Shown here piece after piece: positions 36,034 through 45,526 of a DNA stretch of 64,000 nt. The position numbers and the translations under genes are program-made. The first letter of the stretch is position 1, and every line of letters begins with the position of its first letter. Origin of the DNA: Tepidisphaera sp. Lineage in GTDB: Bacteria > Planctomycetota > Phycisphaerae > Phycisphaerales > UBA1924. The DNA is taken from the NCBI GenBank assembly GCA_050916045.1, contig CP051526.1, positions 3,392,001 through 3,456,000 of the forward strand, given 5' to 3'. The notes beneath the pieces are model-generated. The model searched no databases, had not been told where the DNA came from, and was given only the letters and a program-made list of their open reading frames with translations.

Positions 36034-37265
36034 GCTTGGGCTCTCGTGAGGGTGATCTCGACGAGTTCGGGCGGAACGCCGAGTCGCACGGGCATGATGC
36101 TCATGCCGATGCCTCGCGAGACGATCACCGGGAAAGCCGGCCCGTCGACGCGGCCGCCGAAGTACTTGGTGCCGTGGCGGGACTGGATGAAGGGGAGGGT
36201 GCCGATGATCGGGAACTTCACCTGCCCGCCGTGGTAGTGGCCGGAGATCATGAGATCCACGCGCGGGCCGCGCACGACCTCGGGAAGTTCGGCGGTGTCG
36301 GGGTTGTGCGAGATCACGATGCGCGGGGTGGTTTCGTCGACGTGGCCGAGCGTGCTTTCGGGCTCGACGGTCGCCGTCTTGAGGTCGCCGAACCCGGCGA
36401 TGCAGAGCGATGAGCCGTCGTCGACATCGGCAACCCGCTTGTCCGAGGTCAGAAAGACGCGGTCGTTGTCGACCAGTCGCACGCCGATGGCTTTCAGGCG
36501 TCGGGCCATATCCGGGCCGTCGCCGTACCAGTCGTGGTTCCCGAGGACACCGATCACCGGCGCGGCTTGCGTGAGCGGCTCGAAGAGAGCGACGGCCAGC
36601 TCATTGGGCCCCGCACCGTTGTGCACATAGTCGCCGCTGAGGACGAAGAGGTCGGGCTTGAGCGCGATCGCGTGATCCACGACGCGGCGGATGTAGTCCG
36701 CGGGGATCCGCGGCCCAAGGTGAGTGTCTGAAAGCTGAACCAGCCGCAAGCCCTCAAGGGCCCGCGGCAAGCGAGGGATCGCGACCGAGTACCGAGCGAC
36801 CTTGAAATCCCATGGGGTCACGCACGTCGCCAAAAGCATCACGCCGCCCGTGCCGACACCGGCCAAGCCGAGCGAAGCGTCGAACATCAGGCGGCGGCGC
36901 GAGAGATCCGGTGGTGGGTCGATGGCGGGATCGGGGTGAACGAGCTTGGCGCGGACGCGGAGGAGCGCCATCAGCAGAGCGAGCACGATCGCCCACGCCG
37001 CGCCGTGAAGCAGAGCCGCATGCCACCAGGGGCGGGGCCCCCAGATGTCCAGGCCGACGAACGCGGCGAGCGAGACGGGGACGCTTGGGAAGTACAGCGC
37101 GTTGAAGACGCGACGGACCCACTCTGACGCGGCGAAGCCCTCGCTGGCGGGGCTTGCCATCCAGAACCATGCGTGGAGAAGCGTCGTGCACGCCGCGAGT
37201 ACCGCCCAAGCCGCGATCCACCGCGCCCAGCGCGTGCGTCTCCGGGTTGAGGACGGTTCGGTCAC
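36030..37265 (-). CDS. Membrane-anchored metallophosphoesterase (YkuE/YaeI-like)
   Basis: SDTH, SGDY, GNHD, SHNPD, SGHYHGGQ, SRGIG. Confidence 0.9.
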   Translation of the reverse strand: MTEPSSTRRRTRWARWIAAWAVLAACTTLLHAWFWMASPASEGFAASEWVRRVFNALYFPSVPVSLAAFVGLDIWGPRPWWHAALLHGAAWAIVLALLMALLRVRAKLVHPDPAIDPPPDLSRRRLMFDASLGLAGVGTGGVMLLATCVTPWDFKVARYSVAIPRLPRALEGLRLVQLSDTHLGPRIPADYIRRVVDHAIALKPDLFVLSGDYVHNGAGPNELAVALFEPLTQAAPVIGVLGNHDWYGDGPDMARRLKAIGVRLVDNDRVFLTSDKRVADVDDGSSLCIAGFGDLKTATVEPESTLGHVDETTPRIVISHNPDTAELPEVVRGPRVDLMISGHYHGGQVKFPIIGTLPFIQSRHGTKYFGGRVDGPAFPVIVSRGIGMSIMPVRLGVPPELVEITLTRAQA

Positions 37266-37312
37266 GGGGGATGGTAGGGAGAGGCGTGCGAGCGACCGCT
37301 TGGGCGACCAAT

Positions 37313-37339
37313 GAAAAACCCCACGCGGAATGTGGGGTT
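37313..37339 (-). terminator. Intrinsic terminator after rpsG
   Basis: AACCCCAC/GTGGGGTT stem followed by a T run on the minus strand. Confidence 0.7.
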
Positions 37340-37365
37340 CGGGGGATCGGTGTGATGCGATCGGA

Positions 37366-37863
37366 TCAGTTGGCGAAGTGGGCGAAGGCGCGGTTGGCTT
37401 CGGCCATCTTGTGGGTCTGATCGCGGGTCATCATGGCTTTGCCTTCGCCCTTGGCCGCGTTGTAGAGCTCATCGGCGAGGCGGGCGGAGATGGGACGGCC
37501 ACGCTCGGCACGGACGGCTTCGAGGATCCAGCGGAAGGCCAGCGACTGCTGACGCTTCTGGTTGACCTGCATGGGGACCTGGTAGTTGGCGCCGCCGATT
37601 CGCTTGCTGCGGACTTCGACGAACGGCTTGACGTTGTCGATGGAGCGGTGGAAGAGGTCGGCAGCGCTCTTGGGGGCGGCCGGGTCGGTTTCCTTGGCGA
37701 GCTTGCTCTCGATGATGTCGAACGCGTCGTAGACGACGCGCTGGGCGACGGCCTTCTTGCCGTCGGACATCACGCAGTTGATGAAGCGGGAAATGGTGCG
37801 ATCGCCGTACTTGGGATCGGGACGAAGCTGCTCAGCGGCGGACGTGTACTTTTTGCGACCCAT
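37366..37863 (-). CDS. rpsG: 30S ribosomal protein S7
   Basis: PDPKYG, DGKKAVA, EVRSKRIGGANYQVP, HKMAEANRAFAHF. Confidence 0.98.
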   Translation of the reverse strand: MGRKKYTSAAEQLRPDPKYGDRTISRFINCVMSDGKKAVAQRVVYDAFDIIESKLAKETDPAAPKSAADLFHRSIDNVKPFVEVRSKRIGGANYQVPMQVNQKRQQSLAFRWILEAVRAERGRPISARLADELYNAAKGEGKAMMTRDQTHKMAEANRAFAHFAN

Positions 37864-37936
37864 GACAATCTTTCCTTTCGCGACGGGCTTGGCGGCCCCT
37901 TTTCACCCGCGCGGTAAGCGCGGATTACTCGCCGAC

Positions 37937-37965
37937 AAAAAATCCCCGGGCACGCGCCCGAGGAT
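37937..37965 (-). terminator. Terminator/attenuator-like hairpin between rpsL and rpsG
   Basis: Minus strand AUCCUCGGGC-GCGU-GCCCGGGGAU followed by UUUUU. Confidence 0.55.
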
Positions 37966-37977
37966 CGGTTGGTCTGT

Positions 37978-38352
37978 TTACTTCTTCGAGCGCTTGGCGC
38001 CGTACTTGGACCGGCCCTGCTTGCGGCCTTCGACGCCGAGGCAGTCCAGCGAGCCGCGGACGACGTGGTAGCGCACGCCCGGGAGGTCGCGAACGCGGCC
38101 GCCGCGGACGAGAACGATCGAGTGTTCCTGAAGGTTGTGGCCTTCGCCGCCGACGTAGGCCGTGACTTCACGCCCGTTGGAGAGGCGGACACGCGCGATC
38201 TTGCGGAGAGCCGAGTTGGGCTTCTTCGGCGTCATCGTGCGGACGATGAGGCACACGCCGCGCTTCTGCGGGGACGTGTTCAGGTCGCGGGTCTTGGACT
38301 TGATCGCCGGCGACCGGCGGGGCTTGCGGATAAGTTGGTTGATCGTCGGCAT
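37978..38352 (-). CDS. rpsL: 30S ribosomal protein S12
   Basis: [38 protein letters not shown]. Confidence 0.98.
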   Translation of the reverse strand: MPTINQLIRKPRRSPAIKSKTRDLNTSPQKRGVCLIVRTMTPKKPNSALRKIARVRLSNGREVTAYVGGEGHNLQEHSIVLVRGGRVRDLPGVRYHVVRGSLDCLGVEGRKQGRSKYGAKRSKK

Positions 38353-38422
38353 GCGTCGTTAAACCTCAGCCAGAACCCGTGCACAACGCCGCCGAGAAGA
38401 CATCCTTCCGGGCGGGACCCGG

Positions 38423-38451
38423 ACATTAGGCGCGACCCACGGCGGGGGCAA
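38423..38451 (-). promoter_or_regulatory. Putative rpsL promoter TTGCCC-17-TAATGT
   Basis: -35 at 38446-38451, -10 at 38423-38428, 17-nt spacer. Confidence 0.5.
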
Positions 38452-38490
38452 CCTCCAAACCCCATTCCCGGCGCGTAGCCTCACCACCAT

Positions 38491-38880
38491 ATGAGCACGA
38501 ATTCCTCCGGCGGCACCGCTTCCTACCCCTATCCCCCCGCTCCCGCCCACCAAACCCATACAAAGACCGATCCCACAGGGATCACCGTGGCCGGGTTCCA
38601 AGCCCTGATCCGGGATCGGTACTACCCGACCGACTCCGCCCGCGGCCCGGCGGGGACGTTCCTGCTCCTCATGGAGGAAGTGGGCGAGCTTGCGACCGCG
38701 CTGCACGACAACCGTCCGGGAAAGAAACCCTCCGCCGCCGAGCGCGCGAACCTCGAAGAGGAGATCGTTGACGTGTTCGCCTGGCTTGCGACCATCGCGA
38801 ACATCACCGGCGTCGACATGCAAGCCGCGCTCGCGAAGTACACGGACCCCGATCGCGTGAAGGGTGTGAAGGGCGTGTGA
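38491..38880 (+). CDS. MazG-like nucleotide pyrophosphohydrolase
   Basis: LMEEVGELA..NLEEEIVDVFAWLATIANITGVDM. Confidence 0.88.
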   Translation: MSTNSSGGTASYPYPPAPAHQTHTKTDPTGITVAGFQALIRDRYYPTDSARGPAGTFLLLMEEVGELATALHDNRPGKKPSAAERANLEEEIVDVFAWLATIANITGVDMQAALAKYTDPDRVKGVKGV

Positions 38881-39000
38881 GGAAGAGCCGCGCGGGAACT
38901 GCGCAGCACTGAGCCATCGTTTCGGCGCACACGCCGGTCTGAAACGCGATACGCTCTGTGTTCCAGCGCCCGAACACCTCACCCTCCGAGGACACATTCC

Positions 39001-41892
39001 GTGCAGATCCAGGTTTCGTCTCCCTCGCGCACGCGCCGTTCGTTCACCCACGCGAAGGAAGCCGCGTGGCTCATGGTTTTCGCGACGGGTCTCGCCGCGG
39101 CTTTCGGACTGCGGCCCGTGCCCTCGACCGAATTCCCGCTTCTCGTCGCTGAGCAACGTCCGGCACCGGCCGCGTCAACGCAGGCCGCGGCGCCGACGGC
39201 GGCCGGATGGAGCATGACGGTGACGTCGGCGGACGGAAAGACGACCGCCCGGTCGCACTCGAACTTCCCAAGCTTTGCGCTCGCGAAAGGCGGCTCGCTG
39301 GACTTCGGCGTCGCGGCGGCGGACCAGAAGGTCGTGTTTGAGGGCACGCTCACGGTCGACAAGACCGGCCCGCACCGCTGGGCGATGGATGTCGAGGGCG
39401 GGAGAGCGACGATCCGTGTGAGCGGCGGGGGCAAGCAGGTCGCGACGGCTTCGGGCACGGGCGTGGCCGCTCGCGGCGAGCCGGGCGGGGTCCTGACAAA
39501 CTGGGCCGACATCACGCCGGGCGAATACAGCGTGGTGATCGAGTTCGTGCGCACGGGGGACGGTCCGGCGCGTCTCCGCACGGTGTGGGAGAAGCAGTGG
39601 CTTTCCGAGCTGCGTGCCGGGCTGGACCAGGGGTTCCTGGCGGAGCCGATTCCGACGGCGATGGTCAGGACCTCGGGAACGGTGGCGGACCAGACGCGTC
39701 TGTCGCGGCATGGCCGGGTGCTGCTGGGCGAGTACGGCTGCTTCAACTGTCACGACGGCGGCGATGCGGGCCCGACGGCGGTCGATTCGCGGAAAGCCCC
39801 GCTGCTGGGCGAGATCGCGCGACGCGCGAACCCCGACTGGCTTGTCAAGTGGATCGCGAACCCGGGGCAGGTCAAACCGCACACGCGGATGCCCGACGTG
39901 ATCGGCGACGGCCTGAACGAGCCGAACGTCGCGGTCAACATCACGCACTTCATCATGTCGTTCAACGGCGGCGATCCGGGGCCGGCGGAAACGCTTGCGA
40001 CCGAGCCGGAGGGGTTCGCTCGCGGGCGCGAGCTTTATCACACGCTCGGGTGTGTCGCGTGCCACGGCGCGTACGAATCACCGCGTGCGGTCTTCGGGGA
40101 GACGAGCCAGCCGGACACGGTTCCTTCGATGGACAAGGTGCACTCGCCGCACGGCAAGCTTTCCGGCAAGTGGCGGCCGGAGGCCCTCCGCGAGTTCCTG
40201 CTTGATCCGCTTCGCTCGCACCCGTCGGGCCGCATGCCGAACATGAAGCTGAGCGAAGAGGAAGCCGACCTCATCACGCGGTACCTCATCACCAAGTGGG
40301 ACGAGGGGAACAAGCCCAAGCCGACGGGGACGTTCAAGGTCGATCCGGGCCGCGCGGCTTTGGGCAACGCGGCGTACGCGACCAAGGGTTGCGCTGCGTG
40401 TCACGAGGTCGGCGGGGGCCGCGTTGAGATCGCGTCGATGGTGGAAGCCCGTCCGCTTTCGGACATGATGCCCGGGCGCGGATGCATGGATCCGGCGGAC
40501 ACCGGCTCGCCGCGGTTCGCTTTCCGGGACGGTGACATCGCGGCGCTGACGGCCGGGATCGAGAGCCTCAAGGTCGCGACGGGCGTGCCCGCGCCGATCG
40601 AGCACGAGCTTCAGACGATGGATGCTCTCAACTGCCGCGCGTGCCACGCCAAGGACGGTTCGGGCGGCGTGCCCCGCGAGTTTGACCCGTACTTCCGCTC
40701 GGCGAGCGAGAAGACCGAACTTGGCGACGAGGGTCGCTTGCCGCCGCAGCTCACGCTTGTGGGCTGGAAGCTGACGAGCAACTGGACGCGTCAGGTGCTG
40801 ATGGAAGCGGCTCGCGCCCGTCCGTACATGCTCTCGCGCATGCCGCAGTTCGGCAAGGACAACGTCGAAGGGCTGGTGCACGGGATGGCGAGCCATGACG
40901 GAGAGTGGCCCGACACCGACGCCCCCGAGCCCAAGTCTTCGGATGAGCTTGTCGCCGCCGGCCGCCGGTTGATCGGCGACCAGGGTCTCAACTGCATCTC
41001 GTGCCATGTCTGGGGCGATCTGCCGCCGGCGGGCACGGCCGGACCGAGCATCACGGAGTTCGCCGCTCGCTTGCGGTACGACTGGTGGCGTTCGTACATC
41101 CTCCAGCCCAAGCGGTTCAAGCCCGGCACCCGCATGAGCGAGTTCTACCTCACGGGCAAGTCCAGCGCCGTCGACGTCCTCAAGGGAGACGCGTACAAGC
41201 AGCCCGAAGCCATGTGGGCTTACTTCCAGACCGGCGAGTTCGGGCCCGCGCCCTCCGGTGTCGGCGCTTCCGGCGACTCCGTCAAACTCACGCCCGACGG
41301 CAAGCCCATCGTCTTTCGCTCATTCCTGCAGCACGCGGGAAGCCGGGGTATCGCGGTCGGCTTCCCCGCCGGCACCCACTTCGCCTACGACGCGACCAAG
41401 GTCCGTCTCGTTGAAGCGTGGAAGGGCGACTTCCTCGACGCCACCGGCGCATGGAAGAGCCGTGGCGGCAGCATCACCGGAGGCCAGGGCAAACTCATCT
41501 GGTCCGCTCCCAAGGGTCCGGCGATCGTCGTCGGAAGCGAAGCCCCAGCCACCTGGCCCGAAGCGGGCGGCGGCGAAGCAGGCCTCACCTTCGGCGGATA
41601 CCTGCTTGATGAAGCCGGCGTGCCGACTTTCCGCTCGACGATGAAGAGCGGCGACCTCACGCTCTCGATCACCGAACGCGTCACGCCCGGCCCCGCGGGC
41701 GAAGCCGCTTTCACCCGCGTCATCGGCGTTAGCGGCGCGAAGGGCAAAGCGTTCTGGATCAACGCGGGCGTCGGAACGATCATCCCGACGTGCCGAACCC
41801 CGATCCAGACCAAGACCGTCGACGGCCAGACCTGGATCCGCGTGCTTTCCTTCGAGGATCAGGTCGAAGTCACGATGGCGGTGACGCCGTAA
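39001..41892 (+). CDS. Penta-heme c-type cytochrome with PA14-like N-terminal region (start uncertain)
   Basis: CFNCH, CVACH, CAACH, CRACH and CISCH, with downstream RMP/RMS motifs as likely Met ligands. Confidence 0.85.
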   Translation: MQIQVSSPSRTRRSFTHAKEAAWLMVFATGLAAAFGLRPVPSTEFPLLVAEQRPAPAASTQAAAPTAAGWSMTVTSADGKTTARSHSNFPSFALAKGGSLDFGVAAADQKVVFEGTLTVDKTGPHRWAMDVEGGRATIRVSGGGKQVATASGTGVAARGEPGGVLTNWADITPGEYSVVIEFVRTGDGPARLRTVWEKQWLSELRAGLDQGFLAEPIPTAMVRTSGTVADQTRLSRHGRVLLGEYGCFNCHDGGDAGPTAVDSRKAPLLGEIARRANPDWLVKWIANPGQVKPHTRMPDVIGDGLNEPNVAVNITHFIMSFNGGDPGPAETLATEPEGFARGRELYHTLGCVACHGAYESPRAVFGETSQPDTVPSMDKVHSPHGKLSGKWRPEALREFLLDPLRSHPSGRMPNMKLSEEEADLITRYLITKWDEGNKPKPTGTFKVDPGRAALGNAAYATKGCAACHEVGGGRVEIASMVEARPLSDMMPGRGCMDPADTGSPRFAFRDGDIAALTAGIESLKVATGVPAPIEHELQTMDALNCRACHAKDGSGGVPREFDPYFRSASEKTELGDEGRLPPQLTLVGWKLTSNWTRQVLMEAARARPYMLSRMPQFGKDNVEGLVHGMASHDGEWPDTDAPEPKSSDELVAAGRRLIGDQGLNCISCHVWGDLPPAGTAGPSITEFAARLRYDWWRSYILQPKRFKPGTRMSEFYLTGKSSAVDVLKGDAYKQPEAMWAYFQTGEFGPAPSGVGASGDSVKLTPDGKPIVFRSFLQHAGSRGIAVGFPAGTHFAYDATKVRLVEAWKGDFLDATGAWKSRGGSITGGQGKLIWSAPKGPAIVVGSEAPATWPEAGGGEAGLTFGGYLLDEAGVPTFRSTMKSGDLTLSITERVTPGPAGEAAFTRVIGVSGAKGKAFWINAGVGTIIPTCRTPIQTKTVDGQTWIRVLSFEDQVEVTMAVTP

Positions 41893-41930
41893 CGGCAGCT
41901 GGCGGGTCTGCAGGGCTTTGGGCTGCAGAT

Positions 41931-41999
41931 TCTCGGCTTTCAGTCTCGGATTTCACATTTCAGATCTCGAATTTCAAATCTCAAATCTCAAGCTTCAAC
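41931..41999. repeat. Degenerate heptamer array (consensus TYTCARA), about 9-10 units
   Basis: TCTCGGA TTTCACA TTTCAGA TCTCGAA TTTCAAA TCTCAAA TCTCAAG CTTCAAC at 41944-41999, with weaker units upstream. Confidence 0.75.
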
Positions 42000-42025
42000 G
42001 ACCTGATTCAACCCGCGAGCTCACC

Positions 42026-44179
42026 ATGCATATTCGCGCCGCACTCTTTGCTCTGTCCCTTGCTCTGCCGGTCTTCGCCCAGCCGGGTGAGCCGATCGCT
42101 CAGCCCGGGACGCAGCCCGCCAACCCGCCGATCATCATCCGCAACGTCGAGTACACGAAGCTCGCGACGCGCGAGGAAACCGAGCGGCGGATGCTCGACC
42201 TGCTCTCGCCCTCGCGGGCCAAGTGGGGCACCTGGTACGGCATAGGCTCCTTCGAGGGCGGCATCGGCTCCATCAAGAACGCCAAGCCGCCGGAGGACGA
42301 GCTCAAGAACATGGCCGCCGGCGGACCGGGCCCGGATCTGAAAGCCGAGTACACGGCCAAGGGCGGGGCCAAAGCCGGCTGGAAGCCGCTTGGCAGCAAG
42401 GTCGGCGAGGTCGTCAACTTTCTCGCGTTCACGCCGAACAACCTGCAGAGCAACGTCACGGGGTACATCTACACGACCGTCACGGCCGACAAAGCCATGA
42501 CGCTCGATGTCACGATGGGCTCGGACGACGGCTTGCGGTTCTGGCTGAACGGCCGGCTTCTCTTGGACGCGGACGGACCGAACAGTCTGGACCCCGAGCG
42601 TCACCAGCTTCGCCTTGACCTCAAGAAGGGTGTGAACCACGTCTTCGTCAAGGTCACGCAGGGGCAAGTCGGCTGGGAGTATCAGCTCAACGCGGGCGCG
42701 GTGCTTGACCCCAGCACGCGCCAGCTTCTCGACTACCACCTCGACGTGGACTTCCCCCCCACGGCCGAAGCCGAGTACTACCGGTCGTTCCCGATCCTGC
42801 TGCCGCCGAGCGTGGTGCTCGAAGCCGGCGGCGTGGATGTCATGCCCGACGGCCGCCCGATCGTGAGCACCCGCCGCGGCGACGTGTACATCATCGGCAA
42901 CGCGTACGCCGAGCCGCCCCTGGAGTGCACCTTTGTCCGCTACGCCGAGGGCTTGCACGAGCCGCTCGGCCTTCGCGTCCGCAAGGAGCAGTTCGAGGGC
43001 CGCGAGGTCGTCGCGGTGTACTGCGTGCAGCGCGGTGAGCTCACCCGCATGATCGATCTCGACGGAGACGACCGCGCCGACCTGTTCCAGACCGTGACCG
43101 ACGGCTGGGGCGTCTCGGGGAACTACCACGAGTTCGCGTTCGGGCCCAAGTTCGGCCCTGACGGGAAAGCGTGGATCACGCTCAACGTCGGGTTCTGCGA
43201 TGCGCTGGGGAAGAGCATCGTTCCGTGGCGCGGCTGGTCGCTGACGACGGACGTGAACGACCCGTCCGGCAAGCTTGAGCCGATCTCCTCGGGGTTGCGT
43301 TCGCCCAACGGCATCGGGTTCTGGAGCGACGGCCAGGCGTTCTACCTCGACAACCAGGGTGACTACGTCGGGACCAACCGCCTTGCTCCGATGTACAAGG
43401 GCGGCTGGAACGGGCACCCCGCCGGCCTGCGCTGGCGTGAGGATTACACCAAGGAGATGGACAACCCGAAGAACTATCCCAAGCTGACGCCCGCGGCGGT
43501 CTGGTTCCCGTACAGGAAGATGGGGCAGTCCTCGGCGGACTTTGTGATGTCGACACCCGCGGACGGAGCGACGCCCGGAACCTTCGGGCCCTTCGACGGC
43601 CAGGGCTGGGTCGGTGACCAGACGCTTTGCATGGTGATGCGGGTGACGCTTGAGAAGATCAACGGCGTGTACCAGGGAGCGTGCTATCCGTTCCGAAGCG
43701 GGCTTCAGTGCGGCGTGAACCGTCTCGCGTGGGGCAAGGACGGGTCGCTCTTCGTCGGGCAGACGGACCGCGGGTGGGGCTCGATCGGCCGGGCGCGGTA
43801 CGGCTTGGAGCGGATCAAGTTCACCGGCAAGGTCCCCTTCGAGATGAAGGAGATCAAGGTCCGCAAGGATGGGTTTGACGTGGAGTTCACGGCGGATGTG
43901 GACCCCAAGACGGCCGGTGACGCGACTTCGTACTCCTGCGTGTCGTATACCTATGAGTACCACGCGAAGTACGGGTCGGACGAGATGGAGACGAAGAAGC
44001 CCGGGGTGACCAAAGCCGAGGTGATCGGCCCGCGCACCGTCCGCCTTACGATCGACGGGATGAGAGCGGGCGGAACGGGATATGTCCACGAAATCACGGG
44101 GCTTGGCGTGCGGGACAAGTCCGGGGCGGCGATGCTCCACACCACCGCGTACTACACCGTGCAGGTGCTCCCCGAGTAA
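42026..44179 (+). CDS. Secreted PA14-like plus glucose/sorbosone-dehydrogenase-like beta-propeller protein
   Basis: Signal peptide, GSDDGLRFWLNG, GLHEPLGL, NYHEFAFGP, GLRSPNG, DNQG, GPFDGQ. Directly downstream of the cytochrome gene. Confidence 0.78.
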   Translation: MHIRAALFALSLALPVFAQPGEPIAQPGTQPANPPIIIRNVEYTKLATREETERRMLDLLSPSRAKWGTWYGIGSFEGGIGSIKNAKPPEDELKNMAAGGPGPDLKAEYTAKGGAKAGWKPLGSKVGEVVNFLAFTPNNLQSNVTGYIYTTVTADKAMTLDVTMGSDDGLRFWLNGRLLLDADGPNSLDPERHQLRLDLKKGVNHVFVKVTQGQVGWEYQLNAGAVLDPSTRQLLDYHLDVDFPPTAEAEYYRSFPILLPPSVVLEAGGVDVMPDGRPIVSTRRGDVYIIGNAYAEPPLECTFVRYAEGLHEPLGLRVRKEQFEGREVVAVYCVQRGELTRMIDLDGDDRADLFQTVTDGWGVSGNYHEFAFGPKFGPDGKAWITLNVGFCDALGKSIVPWRGWSLTTDVNDPSGKLEPISSGLRSPNGIGFWSDGQAFYLDNQGDYVGTNRLAPMYKGGWNGHPAGLRWREDYTKEMDNPKNYPKLTPAAVWFPYRKMGQSSADFVMSTPADGATPGTFGPFDGQGWVGDQTLCMVMRVTLEKINGVYQGACYPFRSGLQCGVNRLAWGKDGSLFVGQTDRGWGSIGRARYGLERIKFTGKVPFEMKEIKVRKDGFDVEFTADVDPKTAGDATSYSCVSYTYEYHAKYGSDEMETKKPGVTKAEVIGPRTVRLTIDGMRAGGTGYVHEITGLGVRDKSGAAMLHTTAYYTVQVLPE

Positions 44180-44241
44180 TCACCGGGAGATGCACAGAAT
44201 CGAGCCGACTTGACTCCCTGTGGATTTCGCTACAGTTGAAC

Positions 44242-45516
44242 GTGCCCTCCGAGACACCCCGACCTTCGTTTCACGCCGCTTTGAGCGCACACGTCGATGC
44301 CGTGGCGGCGGCGACGCGCTGTGCTGAGCAGGTGATCCGGTCCGCGGCGGGCTCGCCAATCGACGTCGTCTTTCTCTTCATCGCGGGCGATCACATCGCT
44401 CAGGCGGAAGCGGTGGCGACGGTGGTGCGTGAGCGGCTGGGGCCCAGGCACCTGATCGGCACGTCCTCCGAGGGTGTGGTCGGCGGAGCCGTGGAGGTCG
44501 AGGGAGCCGCGGCGGTCTCGATGCTGGCGATGACGCTCCCGGGCGTCAAGATCCACACCTTCACGGATTCGGACATCCCGCCGATCCCGGACGACCTGGA
44601 CGCGGATTCGATCGCAAGCCTGTCGCAGGGGATCGGCGCGGGGCCCGACACGAAAGCGACCTTTCTCTTCGTCGACTCCTTCAGCGTGCCGATGGTGCGC
44701 CTGATGCCGGCGCTGAACCAGGCCAAGCGGGCGGCTTCCAAGGGAGGAGCCGCGGGGATTCTCGTCGGCGGGCTCTCGTCGGGCGCGTCGGGACCGGGAA
44801 AGACGCGTCTGATCCTCGATGAGCGGGTGCGCACGCAAGGGCTGGTCGGGCTTTCGATGTCGGGCGACATCACGGTTGACGCTCTGGTGTCGCAGGGGTG
44901 CCGTCCGATCGGTCAGCCGTTTGTGATCACCAAAGCCCGCGGGAATCTGATTCTGGAGCTCGGCGGAAGGCCGGCGCTTGATGCGATCCAAGACGCGGTC
45001 AACGACCTGCCGACGAGCGACCAGCAGCGGCTTCACAACAGCCTGCTGATCGGACGGGTGGTGAACGAGTACAAGGATCGGTTCGGGCGGAGCGACTTCC
45101 TGATCCGCGCGATCATCGGGGTGGACAAGGAACTCAAAGCGGTCGCGATCGCGGACATCGTGCGCCCGGGGATCACGGTGCAGCTGCAGCTTCGCGATGC
45201 CGAGACGGCGACGCAGGACCTCCTGATGCTTTTGGATGCCCAGCAGCTTCACACGCCACCGCATGGGGCTTTGCTTTTCACGTGTAATGGACGTGGGACG
45301 CGGCTTTTCACCAAACCGAGCCATGACGCTTCGCGGATCGTCGGGGCGTTCGCGGGGACGACGCCGGGGGAAGGTTCGGCCAAGCCGGGCGAGCAGATCG
45401 ACCCGGGAGCGGCGACGCTCCCGCTGGCGGGGTTCTTCGCGGCCGGGGAGATCGGGCCTGTGGGCGAAGACAGCTACCTGCACGGGCAGACGGCGTGCGC
45501 GGTGCTCTTCCGGTGA
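44242..45516 (+). CDS. FIST N/C domain signal protein (NosP-like)
   Basis: VSQGCRPIG, GALLFTCNGRG..LF, GFFAAGEIGP, LHGQTA. GTG start chosen 5 nt after TACAGT. Confidence 0.9.
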   Translation: MPSETPRPSFHAALSAHVDAVAAATRCAEQVIRSAAGSPIDVVFLFIAGDHIAQAEAVATVVRERLGPRHLIGTSSEGVVGGAVEVEGAAAVSMLAMTLPGVKIHTFTDSDIPPIPDDLDADSIASLSQGIGAGPDTKATFLFVDSFSVPMVRLMPALNQAKRAASKGGAAGILVGGLSSGASGPGKTRLILDERVRTQGLVGLSMSGDITVDALVSQGCRPIGQPFVITKARGNLILELGGRPALDAIQDAVNDLPTSDQQRLHNSLLIGRVVNEYKDRFGRSDFLIRAIIGVDKELKAVAIADIVRPGITVQLQLRDAETATQDLLMLLDAQQLHTPPHGALLFTCNGRGTRLFTKPSHDASRIVGAFAGTTPGEGSAKPGEQIDPGAATLPLAGFFAAGEIGPVGEDSYLHGQTACAVLFR

Positions 45517-45526
45517 AAGCACATCG

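Noticed and set aside
42008..44140. Very long antisense ORFs (also 10454-12370, 12437-13942, 51179-53026, 2956-4530, 6850-8247)
   Set aside because: Shadow frames of real high-GC genes on the opposite strand, with no recognisable motifs.
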